A model generated the notes under the pieces. The model worked only from the letters and a program-made list of their open reading frames with translations. It was not told the DNA's origin and did not search any database. Source: Candidatus Margulisiibacteriota bacterium (GTDB lineage: Bacteria; Margulisbacteria; WOR-1; O2-12-FULL-45-9). From it: a stretch of DNA of 24,331 nucleotides. Location of the stretch: the NCBI GenBank assembly GCA_034723395.1, contig JAYEOW010000051.1:1-24331 (forward strand), given 5' to 3'. The translations under genes were made by a program, and so were the position numbers. Position 1 is the stretch's first letter; each line of letters opens with the position of its first letter. Of this stretch, positions 24,319 through 24,331 are shown in pieces.

Positions 24319-24331
24319 TGGTGGAGCTGAT
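24319..24331 (-). tRNA. 3' end of a tRNA-Ala-like gene (truncated by window edge)
   Basis: Minus strand ATCAGCTCCACCA: Ala-type acceptor 3' strand, discriminator A and encoded CCA. Only 13 nt visible, so tmRNA cannot be excluded. Confidence 0.6.

Overview
Bacterial chromosomal window from a diderm, non-proteobacterial-looking organism (tentatively Saganbacteria/Margulisbacteria-like; impression only). Bases ~2.6-24.3 kb are mostly minus-strand housekeeping genes. In transcription order these are: 3' end of a tRNA-Ala-like gene, ndk, hicBA, gpmI (+ strand), secG, a TM-helix/CmpX-like protein, a small outer-membrane beta-barrel, then mraY-murD-ftsW-murG-murC-murB coupled to a split transketolase, a dCMP deaminase and pheA, then ytxH/ytxG-like/ytxH-argS-ilvE-acpS-nnrD-mlaE-mlaF-long mlaD and another beta-barrel. 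The first 2.5 kb is accessory and the most interesting part. It holds the end of an IS1202/ISNCY-like element, a secreted NHL-repeat protein, and an orphan gene flanked by two diverged direct copies (~836 bp apart) of a non-coding element. Each copy has a 10-bp-periodic repeat array around a GTTGCAAC dyad, a DnaA-box-like 9-mer and a conserved 76-bp block. The right copy ends 8 bp from a well-formed 28-bp XerCD dif-like site (2449-2476), where gene orientation and KOPS-like octamers switch strand. This suggests the replication terminus, with a possible dif-associated module system. Other observations are short palindromic elements inserted in frame into coding genes (acpS, ytxG-like) and four apparently leaderless sigma70 promoters.
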